From: Tubulanus polymorphus
Lineage: Eukaryota > Animalia > Nemertea
Reading direction: 5' to 3'
Length of the DNA: 64,000 nucleotides
Assembly (NCBI RefSeq): GCF_964204645.1
Contig: NC_134036.1
Span: 5,796,600-5,860,599, forward strand
Shown here: piece by piece, positions 36,860 to 48,400 of the stretch
How positions within the stretch are numbered: the stretch's first letter is position 1
How the letters are laid out: each line of letters opens with the position of its first letter
The notes under the pieces: model-generated
The model's database searches: none
What the model saw: only the letters and a program-made list of their open reading frames with translations
Told to the model about the DNA's origin: nothing
Position numbers and translations under genes: made by a program

Positions 36860-37420
36860 TAGCGAATCTTGTCTTTACAACCAATCACCAATTTGACTTT
36901 CAGAATTCGAAACTTATTTATCCTTCCTTGTAAAGATATTCATAAGAGACACATAGTGGAATCAGCCCTTATATGTAAACTTTCGAAATCCAATTTATCT
37001 ACTAATTTAAATACTGGTTTTTCTCCACATAACCAATTATTATCCAGACACATAAACTCTTTATTAGATTTGGGTTGATGTCACTATGTGTCACTCTGTT
37101 ATCGCCACCCTCTTCAGTCCACTTCACATAGTTACATAATTTGTTTTTACTCTGAACTGTTTAGAATTGCTGTGGTTTCCACGGTACCCCTTGGTGTTTT
37201 ATTGCTTGTTCTGTTTATCTTTAGTTTTGACACACTGCTTCTATTTTAGATCCTGCGAGTTTATATGCTTTGTTACTTGTTTTTCTGGTCGTTCCACCTG
37301 ATGATGGCTGTTAGTCAACAACCGAAACGTTGTGGTTTCGTAATAATAAATTTGATAGTATAATTTCAAATTCGAAGTGTGGGATTTCTTCATTTATCTA
37401 CAGTTTACACGGATTATAGT
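36860..37420 (+). mobile_element. Penelope-like element 3' remnant
   Basis: KRHIVESALI...NLNTG resembles the C-terminus of the PLE GIY-YIG endonuclease; it is followed by a minimal hammerhead motif and AATAAA, as in PLE terminal repeats. Confidence 0.65.
37294..37335 (+). ncRNA. Minimal type I hammerhead ribozyme motif
   Basis: ccac-CTGATGA-t-ggctgtt(agtc)aacaacc-GAAAC-GTT-gtgg: stem I ccac/gtgg, stem II with one mismatch, palindromic minimal stem III. Confidence 0.7.
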
Positions 37421-38549
37421 GTTTATTCGGCAAATAACTACGAAAGAAATGAATATAAGGGGTCACTCTCTACGACCTAGATATAGGGGGTCTATAGGTG
37501 CTTGATATTTAGATTTTGATTCATATTCTAATGCGTTTTCCTGGCAATTGAGCAACTTTGAAGAAAATGCTAAACTCTTAGTGTAAACTAAGCATATCGA
37601 ATCAAAATTACAAAACTAAATCGTCGCACTACGGATATCATAACCTGTAGGGCACGGCGGGTATTTTTGTGTGAACAATATTGTCGAGGGCACTTAAATG
37701 GCGAAGACTATCGCACGTGCTGTACATGTGCGACAGTCTGAATACGCCCCTGGGGGTCGTCGCTTAACTAATCACTTTTTCACTGAACGTTTAAATTTGA
37801 AGTCAGGAGTCAGTGAAAATCAGAGTCATCAGACGGTCGTTATTAGTAAGTATCGTGATTTTTTGTTACTAAATCCATCCAGTAAGACAAATGAGCTGGC
37901 CATCACTAGCGACTAATCATAATTTTAGTGTTAATTGTTTGAACTCACCAAGAATGAGAACCAGAAGATTGACTTGAAAGTCTGTTGACGCCTAGTTTAT
38001 CGATGTATAATAAACATTATTGTAACGGTTTTTACGACGTCAAAAATTCGTTATGAAGATCGCATCACGATCAAAACAATCTCGTTTTATTTAACGGGGG
38101 ATCGTCATTGTAGATATTGGACAGATTATCATCGTAATGTGTATACCGCGTTTAATCGGGATTCGACACCGCACACGGTATATTCTAGATCTGCGACGCG
38201 CGCGGTGATGACGATGGATATATCAGCCGCAGAGCGTCGTTCCATCGATTCAGCTGGTGCGGTTATCATCCTTTGTCTCGCTCGCTGGCTACCCACGCAG
38301 ACTGGCGGCGTACAGAACCCTTCGCGTCTCGGCGCGCACTCGCTTCAGAGATGCTGCGTTGTCACAGCAAAGCCGAGCTGTCAAAAATGGGTCCGCGATC
38401 TAAATCAGCGCGTCTTACCGTGCTACGCGATAGGTACCGTATACGAATTTGACGGCGTTTCGATGTTTATATCGCGACTGTATCGGCGACTAGTATGATC
38501 TGAACGGTTTGATCGTATTCGAAACTCTAAATCAAGCGTAGGTTTTCAG

Positions 38550-38810
38550 TGTTTGTTGATGTTGTTTTTTCGTTTGTCTCTTGCTTCAGTTCGCGTCGTT
38601 CGGATCTGGGCTTCCCCGTGGTTTTGTCTTGTTCCCCGAAGACTAACCCTATTGGATGGTTCGTCTAGGCTCAAGACGGGAGCGCGGAGTTTGTAGTGCT
38701 GCACGCGCGCTGTAAGCAGCAGCAAGCGGGACTCGAACCCGCTTGCGCTTACCACTCGGCGAGCCATCTGATATTGAATGCAACAGCATCACACGCCTTA
38801 TAGTACAACA
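38550..38810 (-). mobile_element. tRNA-derived SINE, second copy
   Basis: B box ggttcgagtccc; shares gactaaccc.attgga and ctgtaagcag blocks with 9400-9608. Confidence 0.55.
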
Positions 38811-41007
38811 TCGATACAACGGAGTGAACAGCGCTAAAACTAACATATTCAATGCCGTGAATGGATAGAGAATGCGATAAAAGCTTCTAAAAGGGTGGCT
38901 TGCTTCTCGATGAACGCAGTTGTTATCCCCCAGAGTATTGAAGTAGGCCTATACGTTTCATTCATGAATAAAGAAGTTTCCAGTTTCTAGGCGCCGTTTT
39001 GCGCTCATTTTTGAAACATGAGTTTAGATTGAATATCACATAGTTCTGCAGTCCCTCGTTCGATGAACTCAATTTATACACCATTTCAATGGAAATGAAA
39101 TGCAGATATTTTTTGGCGATTCTGGGAATTTTTGAATGCAAAAATTGAGAATTATTACCCGTCTTATTAATTTATTACCCGTCCCGAACATATAGTCTAA
39201 GGAAGGTGGATCGCTCTGTCAGTCAAAGCTATGCTTCAGTGGCGGGTTCAGGGTACCTCAAATACCTCACGTGAGACACTAAAATCAGAAATGCCCTAAC
39301 CGGAAAGGCTGAAAGAATCGAAATTAATTTGAAAACCTGTCAATTGTTTTATCAGACAAAACGAGGGTGTGCCCGAAACGATTAGTTTCCTCAGGGTGTT
39401 TCGAATATTCAATCTCGCATTGGGATCGATTCTAATAAAGCGCCCCTTTTGAAAGGCGTGTCCTTTTCGTCTTCGGTCTTCGGCGAGGCCGTCGAAATAG
39501 GACACTGTGTCCGTTCCCGCAATGTTTTCGTAAACGTGCACGTATCATCTTAGTTTGATGACTCGATCATTGACGCCTGCGTGGTTGGAAGCTCGGTTGT
39601 ATTCACGCATATGCGTACATTGTACGTGCATTACGCGATACTTAATTTGCGAGTAATATTTTACCGGTTATGTCTCATTAAATCAACTGCCGCTCAATCA
39701 ACGCTAATTAGCATTAGTAGTTGAACCCATCGCCGATAGGTAGCGAGCGGTTATGCGATGAAGATGCTAGTCGTCTAGTTTCGGTTGCTATACTTTTGCT
39801 GGCGCTCCGGGTATTTACCACACTCGTGGAAGATTACCATCGCGCAGCCACGGGCACTGTCGTGACCGAAAACAAATTATCTCATCGAGTATATTACGTA
39901 TGCACATACTTCAGGACCTGGAGCCGGTGGCGAATCTTCGGACTGTTGTTAACTAAATATTAGCCTTGACCTCGCAATATTAGCCCCTGTCGTCTCGGAT
40001 CAAGTACGTAGAACCGAATTGGGCTAATTAGACGACATGTTTTGGTTTTTTCGGTTGTCCTCCCGAAGCCATTGCTTCTATAACTACCTTTAAGTAGGTA
40101 CTATTTTAGCGCAGATCCCGTTCAGGCGTTCGCCATCGACGTGTGAAAGTTTATGTATCCCGTCCGTTTGAAAAACTAGTTACTATTTAAGTGCGGAACC
40201 CTCTCAGGTGAAATATCCTATGCCTCGTGTTTGGGTTTCTGTTCGTTTTTAGTTTAACAGACGAAGGGCTGAGCGAGGACGGCCAGTTTTCGAAAGTTTG
40301 CTGATGAGTGTGTTGCTGTCTAATATCTGGTATTTGTAATAGTTTATTTCCGAGAAAGCATGTCATCGGAGTAATCATTCAAGGCATATCTCAAGTGCTG
40401 AACACGTCGTGTAAAGCGTGAACGGCCGGTTTTAGAAAGTTTTCCAAAGATAAAGGTTAAGTCCTAAAATCTGGATGATCGCTGATTTGAGAGTGTACAC
40501 CGATGAATGGTTAATTTCTGGTGTTTGTAGTTCATTTTCACTTCACGAGTCTCAGGTGAAGTCCCGAACGCGTGTGAATTGACAACGATCAGTTTTTGAA
40601 AGTGTGCTGATGGAATATCTTAAAAGTCTAGATGTCTCTTGTTTGTAGTTCATGTTCCCTTAGAATTGTATCTGGTGAAGTCCTGAACGCACATGAAAAG
40701 TGGATTTTCGGGTTTTTTAAAGTGCGCTGATAGAATATCCAATTTCAGGAGTTTTGATAGTTCGCAGTCCCAAGGGGAACCCTGACCGCTTGTGAAGTGT
40801 TGAAGATCCGTTTTTGAAAATGTGCTCGTGTCTCATTTCTGGCCGGTTCATTTTCGATTGAAAAAATGTCGGACATTTTCGATCGAAAACCTCTCGGGTG
40901 CGGTCCGATCCGAAGACGCGTGATGCCTGAAGAATTTGACTGTTGTAAAATATCTATCGTCTAGGGAGGGTCTTTAAAAAGGCATAATTAGAGCTTCGTT
41001 TTGTAGA

Positions 41008-43044
41008 ATGACGAATGAAACGTTAGATTCGGCCTCGTCACTGCTGTACTCGCCTGTCCGCAGCGGCATCAAAATCGAGATCACATCGCCCGACCTGCAC
41101 AAGTATCTGATCGGCGCCGACGAGAACGGCGCGCCGAGACTGGTCGCCGCTCCGCCGGAACACGCGTGTCGTCACTGCGGCTGCGCGTTCGTCGATCATT
41201 CTTCGCTCGTGCGCCATCTGGTGGCGCATAAAGTGGCGCGGAACATCGGCGACCAGGCGGCAACGTCCGCGTCGTCGGTCGCGCGCTCGAGAAATGGACT
41301 GGTCGCAGCGACGCCGTCTAAGGATTCGGAACGCCCAACGGACAGCGATGCTACGTCGAACGGCGGGGGCGAACTTTTCGCGGAATCGGATTCGGACGAT
41401 GATTCGGACTGTTCGGAAGAGAACGATTATCGTTTAGTACCGAATTTCGCCACCGGGCGGCGGAAGAGCGGTGTCGGCTGCAGTTCGGCGACGAATCCGA
41501 AACAATCTAGGAATTGCCTACGTTCGCCACCCGACCAACAGGTGGCTTTGGATTCTAGGGTTAATATCGAGGACAACCAACAGGTGTCACCAAATGTGAC
41601 GTTATATCGCGAAAAATCGAGAAACGTTTTCTTGGACGAGCAGTCGGTCGATTTGTCTGAAAAATGTGACGAAATTGGGCGGCTCCAAAATGGTATCGAC
41701 GGAAATGCGCTAACTATTACATCATCTCCGCCCGACGCCGTAACGCGCGAACCGGATACAAGCGATCGTAGCGCGATGCCGCGTACGACGAAAACCACGC
41801 CGCTGAATCGACGACGTTGCCGTCTAGGTGGCGGCGTTTATTCGAAATCATTCTCGGCGGCCGGCGGATTAAACTACAGAAAGACTGTCATCAATGTCGC
41901 GAAAAATCACGACACGCGGTCCGGAAATAACTGTCGCCATTTTCCGATTGGAAGGAAGCGTCTTCTACTCGCTCGCAAAACCGGCCGGAAAACGCACCTG
42001 CGGAAGGGTTACGGATCGGATAGCGCGCTGAAGATCGCGAGGATGAACTTGGTAAACGCTATCGACGATGATCCGGCTAGTTCTACGAATTGTCGTCGGG
42101 AGGGCGAGAAATGCGACGGCGCGGGTCGATCTCGCGAGAACTCACCCGATCAACGTGAAATAGCGTCTAATTATACGAAAGCGTCGGACAAATTACGTGT
42201 GACCGGCGTAAATGGTCGAACGAACATTATTTCGGTTCATTCGGCGATCGATTGCCGCCGTAAAATGGGCCGAACTTCGGTCGTTGCCGCGATGAAACGA
42301 ACGAAACCGACGGCGCTCGATTCGGCAATAGATCGAAGGGTTGATGATAGCGGAATAAAGCGACCTGCGGTTAGTTCCGTGTATATCAGTTCGAAGATAA
42401 GTTCGGTTCGTTCCGTAGAGGAAGAGGCGAAAGCGATATCGGCTGATTCCGTAATAAGCCGAACAGTCGGTAGCGAAACAAATGCATCTTCGGCAGATTC
42501 CGTAATAAACCGAACAGTCAGTTGCGAAACGAATGCATCTTCGGCTGATTCCGTAGTAAGCCGAACGGTCAGTAGCGAAATCAAAGAATCTTCGGCAGAT
42601 TCCGTAATAAACCGAACAGTCAGTTGCGAAACGAATGCGTCTTTGGCTGATTCCGTAGTAAGCCGAACGGTCAGTAGCGAAATCAAAGAATCATCGGCCG
42701 ATTCCGTAATAAACCGAACAACCAATTATAGTAAAGGGAATGAGTCTTCGGTTAGTTCCGTAGGCTATTTGGCAACTTCGGTTGGTTCCGTAGATTTAAC
42801 GTCGGCTGATTCCGTTATAAATCGACGAATGAATAGTAAAACCACGGAGCCTTCGGCTGTCACCGTAAAAAGCCTTAAATCGAAGACCACTTCGGTCGAT
42901 TCCGTCGTAGGCCCACGGCGCTGGAACGTGGGCGGTGCATTTTACGCGTGCGAATTTTGCGCGGCGAAATTCCGTTTTCGCAGCTTGCTGACCGTTCACC
43001 GCAATTGCAAACATCGATGGGGTCGACAACGTTACTACCGATGA
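41008..43044 (+). CDS. C2H2 zinc-finger protein with two widely separated fingers (678-aa ORF, possibly the terminal exon of a spliced gene)
   Basis: HACRHCGCAFVDHSSLVRHLVAH near the N-terminus and YACEFCAAKFRFRSLLTVHRNCKH at the C-terminus; acceptor ttttgtag immediately before the ATG; 17-aa repeats at 42439-42720. Confidence 0.78.
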   Translation: MTNETLDSASSLLYSPVRSGIKIEITSPDLHKYLIGADENGAPRLVAAPPEHACRHCGCAFVDHSSLVRHLVAHKVARNIGDQAATSASSVARSRNGLVAATPSKDSERPTDSDATSNGGGELFAESDSDDDSDCSEENDYRLVPNFATGRRKSGVGCSSATNPKQSRNCLRSPPDQQVALDSRVNIEDNQQVSPNVTLYREKSRNVFLDEQSVDLSEKCDEIGRLQNGIDGNALTITSSPPDAVTREPDTSDRSAMPRTTKTTPLNRRRCRLGGGVYSKSFSAAGGLNYRKTVINVAKNHDTRSGNNCRHFPIGRKRLLLARKTGRKTHLRKGYGSDSALKIARMNLVNAIDDDPASSTNCRREGEKCDGAGRSRENSPDQREIASNYTKASDKLRVTGVNGRTNIISVHSAIDCRRKMGRTSVVAAMKRTKPTALDSAIDRRVDDSGIKRPAVSSVYISSKISSVRSVEEEAKAISADSVISRTVGSETNASSADSVINRTVSCETNASSADSVVSRTVSSEIKESSADSVINRTVSCETNASLADSVVSRTVSSEIKESSADSVINRTTNYSKGNESSVSSVGYLATSVGSVDLTSADSVINRRMNSKTTEPSAVTVKSLKSKTTSVDSVVGPRRWNVGGAFYACEFCAAKFRFRSLLTVHRNCKHRWGRQRYYR

Positions 43045-45418
43045 AACGACCGCCTTCAAGCGCAGCAACGCGACGATGGCTACGTGGCGAAATGCCCGGC
43101 CACGAAATGTGCCCACACACAACATAAAAGAACGTTATGATTCTCGTATGCATTTAACGGTTTTCCTGCTTCAATATGATAATTTCTATGTAAACAAGTT
43201 GAAGTTATGCACCGTGTTATTTAAGTCGCGTTCTCGAGTTAAATGGCGCATATTACATAGATGACATATAAATGAAGGTTCAAATAACAAAAATACAGAA
43301 ATATATCATGTAATAGCGTTTTGGGGTACAGCGTTTTAATTAGTCAGCGAACTTCACGGGACCAGCAAATATTTTCTATTACCGATAGGACGTTATACCA
43401 GGTATGACATTAGTCAGAGTTTCCTACTTTGGATGAAATTCTATATTTGTTATATAAACATGCACATATATTATAATGAAAAGAAAACAACTGACAATTC
43501 GACGTTTCCAACGCCCAATTCTATGGGGTCATTCACAGAAACCAACTTCATTTTCCATAGAATTGGCTGGAAATTCTCAAATACGTGTAGTATTTTCAGT
43601 ACAATGTATAGGTTTTTACCTAATCGGTATCCAGACAGTCACCTGTTTATGAAGAGCAACGAAGTCTTATGATAACTAGAGTGTTTAAAGCTAATTATTC
43701 AATGGATCAAGAAGATAAGCCGTTTTGAAAGAGTTGTTTAGTTAATAGCGTTTTATATGTTTTATATATTGATGTTCGTTTTTACTGTATATATCCAAGT
43801 TGAATATTCCGTTTTATCAGTGTTAGTTATTCTACACCGGTTTTCTGTTTGTTAATGAATTTTTTTGTAATCAATAATGTTGAGCAGGGGCGCCCCCATC
43901 CTCGCTCGCCATGGTTTGATTGCCCCCCCCCCCTAAGGACTTCGTGCCACCAGCTATTCCGCTAGATGGCGTGCGGTAACAGTGCGTCAACCCCGTCAAA
44001 ATCAAGTTCATCTTCAATTAATTTTCATCTAGATGTTTAGCCTCCCTCATCAGAAATTAGGCAAATCACTGCTCTTGATAGATAAACTCAGATAATCTTA
44101 AGGTTCATATTTAAGGTGGTTTTTACTGATCACCAATCAAAGAATTTAAGAAATTATGGATAGACTTTAATTGAATGTTAGAAGAAATTCGGCAGTTGTT
44201 GTCTGAGTGACCAATAGCGACACCTGGTAAATCCTCGGTTGCCTTAAGTGGAATCCTCGATTGCCACAGTGGAACACAGTCCTCATTAAGCCAATCGGAT
44301 GCGTTATTTTTTCACCGGCGGATTTGCATTATCAAAACAACGCGTCCGATTGGCTAGATGTATAGACTGGTGGGCGCTGTCGAACTCGCCGAAGTCGCTG
44401 TTACTGCAAATCTGTACTCACAAATAGATAGGACTTCGGTAATGCGACAACTTTATCCAAGGCTAAAAAGATTGCTACCTCTCGTTTCTACGCTCTGTTG
44501 TTCGAACCCCTGCCGAGGGAGGATGGCACTAATCCCAGGCAATCGACTCCGCCGTGGCACGCGCCTGATAAATGTACGAAATTTCCTTCGAAAATGTTGT
44601 GCACCCGTGTCGTGAAACAGATTATAGTCGAATCCGTAAAATTTCAGCTATATGAAAATAACGACGATTTTTATTTGAATGTTACCAAACCCTATGTGTA
44701 CTATTTACATATATATTTGTACTCGATCCTATCAAATAAAAAGAATCAATGTTGCTTTTTTCGATGGAACCTTTTGAATTGAATTTGATTTCGCACAGTG
44801 AGTTTCGAGTGTCCGATCTGGCCGGGCACCCCTAATATGTTGAGGTCCGTTGAAATTCCATCTTCAAATATTCCGGGGCGGTGGATATATTACGAAGACA
44901 GATCAAACCTACAAGGTAGAACAAGTGAAGAAATTTTAAAATTCTGTTGTTGCAAATTGCCACCCACATTGCCACCGCGACGTGCCTTGTTTTTTACTAA
45001 TTTTAGAAGATTTAAAATCGTGTCCGGCATGTACAACGCAATTGCGGCGAAGCTTAGAAAAAAGCCCTAAATTTCATAAATGGACACTCCCTTCCCTTGA
45101 CCCTAGGTACGCCCATGAGGGGTGCTGATTCTTAACTTGAGCCAAAGCCGTCTAATGAATTGTAGCCGAAACCCAGGCGCTCGGAGCCGGAGCGTGCGGA
45201 TGCGTTCAATAAAATTTAATTTGTGCGTGAATTTAGCGCTAGACGTCGCGCGTCGAGAAACGACCCGCGCCGACTTACGTCGAGCGGCCGCCTCGACGTT
45301 TTACTTCCGGGTTCGCGATTTTTCAGATTTCGACGATTTTTTCGGTAATTTTCGGAGATTTTCGGGCGAATCAACGAATTTGCGAATCGAACCGGCTGCG
45401 TTCGGCATCAACGGGAGA

Positions 45419-48400
45419 ATGATTAAGGCGATTCTTGTGTTCAACAATCACGGCAAACCGCGACTATCGAAATTCTACCATCATTACGTGAGTAGTATAC
45501 AGTTAATTAATTCTCCCTACCCAAGGACAAAACGCCAACAATATTACTCCTCCAGCGCACAGGGGCTCGTATTTGAAGTTTGGGGGTGAACTGTAGCTTA
45601 GATCATCCAATATTCAAGGTACTATGTTTATAAAAAGAAAAGGGTGGAAACTCGTATGACAGACACTTCGATTTAAAATCGCTATTACTCAACTAATAAA
45701 ATATCCTAAGGATTTCTGTGAAATCCGTTTTAAATTGTTCAAAACATTATCCTATATTTTCTGAATGTGTCTACTTGAAGGCCATTTGATAACGTTTCAC
45801 CTCTCGAAATCATGATTAAACGTGTCGGTGACCCCCAAAATATCCCGTATGGCAATTGCTGTGGCAGCAAAATCCACTACCTATGCGTACTATTCGCTGA
45901 TAAATTGATTTTAACGAAAGTATGGACCAAAACGTCGCACGTAGAGACGGTGTGGCCGACATAAGTGTAAGGGTTTTACTAAAGCCTCAAATTTGCTTAA
46001 GCCCGGCGCACACGAGGCAATTTTTAGTTGCCGGTTGCTGCGACCGATTTCTAAGCAACCGATGAGCATTTTTCCGTCGCCTAATATCAAACATGTTTGA
46101 TATTGGGCGACACAGAGCAATTCATTTCGACAACGAGCAATCGCTGTCGCCCCTTGCCGCAGACGAGCGATTTTTTCGTTCGAAGCCGAGCAATTCGGAC
46201 GGTTGCTCGAGAATTGCTCGAAACTGGCCCGTGTGCGCCAGGCTTTACAAAACCACTGAATTAAAGTTTTACCGAGATAAACAGTTCCAATTTAGGAGAC
46301 ATGTGTAAATTGGATGGATATGTCAGTGATTTGCAGATGCTTCCTTGAAATTTGAAATTTTTTTCCTTTAAACATCCTTATATCCTGGAATGACAAATGT
46401 GTGGGGACCGAAGTTCACGGATCCTGTTAGCCTAGATCTTTGGCAGTAAGCCTCAACTCGATAGACCTAAACAATGACAATTCCACCCTAGTGTGTTGAA
46501 TAACGGGAGTAGCTACCACTATAGCGCGTCTACACCGCGGTGCGGTGTACCATTAGTTACTGATATTTCACTATATTTGACGGGTGCTGCCATCTTTCAA
46601 TAGAGATAAAGACTAATTACATTAGTACACCGCAGTGCCGCGTACTAGCAAAATTCATCACCGATTTAATGTATAAATCATACACCGTACTGCGGTGTAG
46701 ACGCACTGACAGGGTTAACCGAAGATCAATACATTCTGATAGGCCTATCCGTACGATAGATGCGGACTGCTCGAGCTTTGACGCATAAATCTATTCATTG
46801 TCATTTTATTTTCTAGTCCGAAGACACGCAACAACAGATCATACGAGAAACGTTTCAACTCGTCTCGAAACGAGATGACAATGTTTGCAATTTCCTCGAG
46901 GGTGGCACGTAAGTGATGATCTACCCTTTCCTTTCAACCGCTGGGACCCGCTTAACCTCAACTGCCGTAGCGAAGAAACGCTCACCCCTTACCCAGCGTT
47001 GGAACGGCTGAGTTTGTAGCGTCATCTCCAGTCCTCGCTTGCCAGGGTTGGACTGAATTACGCAGAATTTATGCGTTAGGAGTTCGCGGGGCTGTTGAAA
47101 CAGTGGCGGGACAAACGTATGTTTGAACACTTCGCGCAATAATCGCTTGCCAGGGTTTGATCGCCTCCCGCTGTTGCGCAAAGAGTTAGTCATATTTCTC
47201 ACTGGCCACATTAACTTTCACGGTTGTTTATACATTTCTCTACGAACTTATGTTCCCGCCGGCTGATAAAGAGTTTTTACATAGAAATTCGACCCGCGGG
47301 ACCACGTTTTGGTCTGGAATTAAGTTAGAATACGGATAGGGATCCCCCCCAAAAAAAAAAATCCCCTAAAATTCTGGAAAGACCAATCTGTAGGAACCAT
47401 TTAGGCCTGTACAGCTTTAATGGTAAGTGGATTAACCAAGGTTGACTTTATGAAGATTATTTCATTAATATTTTGTTCACTCGACAAAATGCGGAGTGTC
47501 TCATAACTAAACTGAAGGCTGAGTGTTTAAAATGTATTTAGTTACGAATTCTTATTTGATTCGACCTGATTTCTGAAACTTCATGGGATCGGCGTGCAGC
47601 ATAGATATTTATGTATTCTGTTTATTTACCATATTCGTTGCCTTATTCCAATAAAATACCGCTCATAAGCCACGTGCATGCGTGCCTAGAACCATAAGTT
47701 AAAAAAAAATCCAAAGATCGGATTTTTCGATCTTAAACGGTTAGCAATTTTCGATGTGGAACGACCTCGAGGATCGGTTCTCGAACCACACTCGAACGTG
47801 GTGAACAGATGATAAGATAAAAACCCACTATTTAAAAATAAAAAGAAATCTAAAATCGAGAATTTATTTATTGAAACAATCCAAAATATAAGAACACGAC
47901 GTTTCGATCTCGCACTACAGAACATCGTCAGGTTCTTTTAATTTTTGAATAGTGGGTTTTTATCTAACAGCCTCTAGGATCCTCGAATCACGGTCGTGGT
48001 CGTTGAACGGTGTCTCCCTTACCACGTGAATACTTTTCCCGGCTTTCGGTCGTGTATAATCAATTGTATCGGCCTACATTGCGCTATCAGATGTGGTCAT
48101 TTTAGTCTAGTTACTAGTCTAAAATGACCAGTACACTAGCCCGGTAAGAATGACACTCGGTAGTGGGGAACAGGCGTTCGTTTTAACCCTTTCAGTGCTG
48201 ACTAGTGGATACCCTAAAGTGCTGGAGATTATTTGAAAATTTTTAAAAATTCCACCCTAATGTGTTGATTAACGGGAATACCACTATATTGCGTCTACAG
48301 CACGGCGCGGTGCGCGCGCGGTGCGCGCGCGGTGTATGGTTGGTTACTAGTATTTAACTGTTTGACAGGTGCTGCCATCTTTCAATAGAGATAAAAACTA

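Noticed and set aside
42237-42725. 162-aa minus-strand repeat ORF
   Set aside because: Antisense shadow of the 51-bp coding repeat in the zinc-finger ORF.
45122-45589. 155-aa ORF as an N-terminally extended AP3 sigma
   Set aside because: Homology covers only 45419-45487; the ORF starts at GTG and reads into intron 1.
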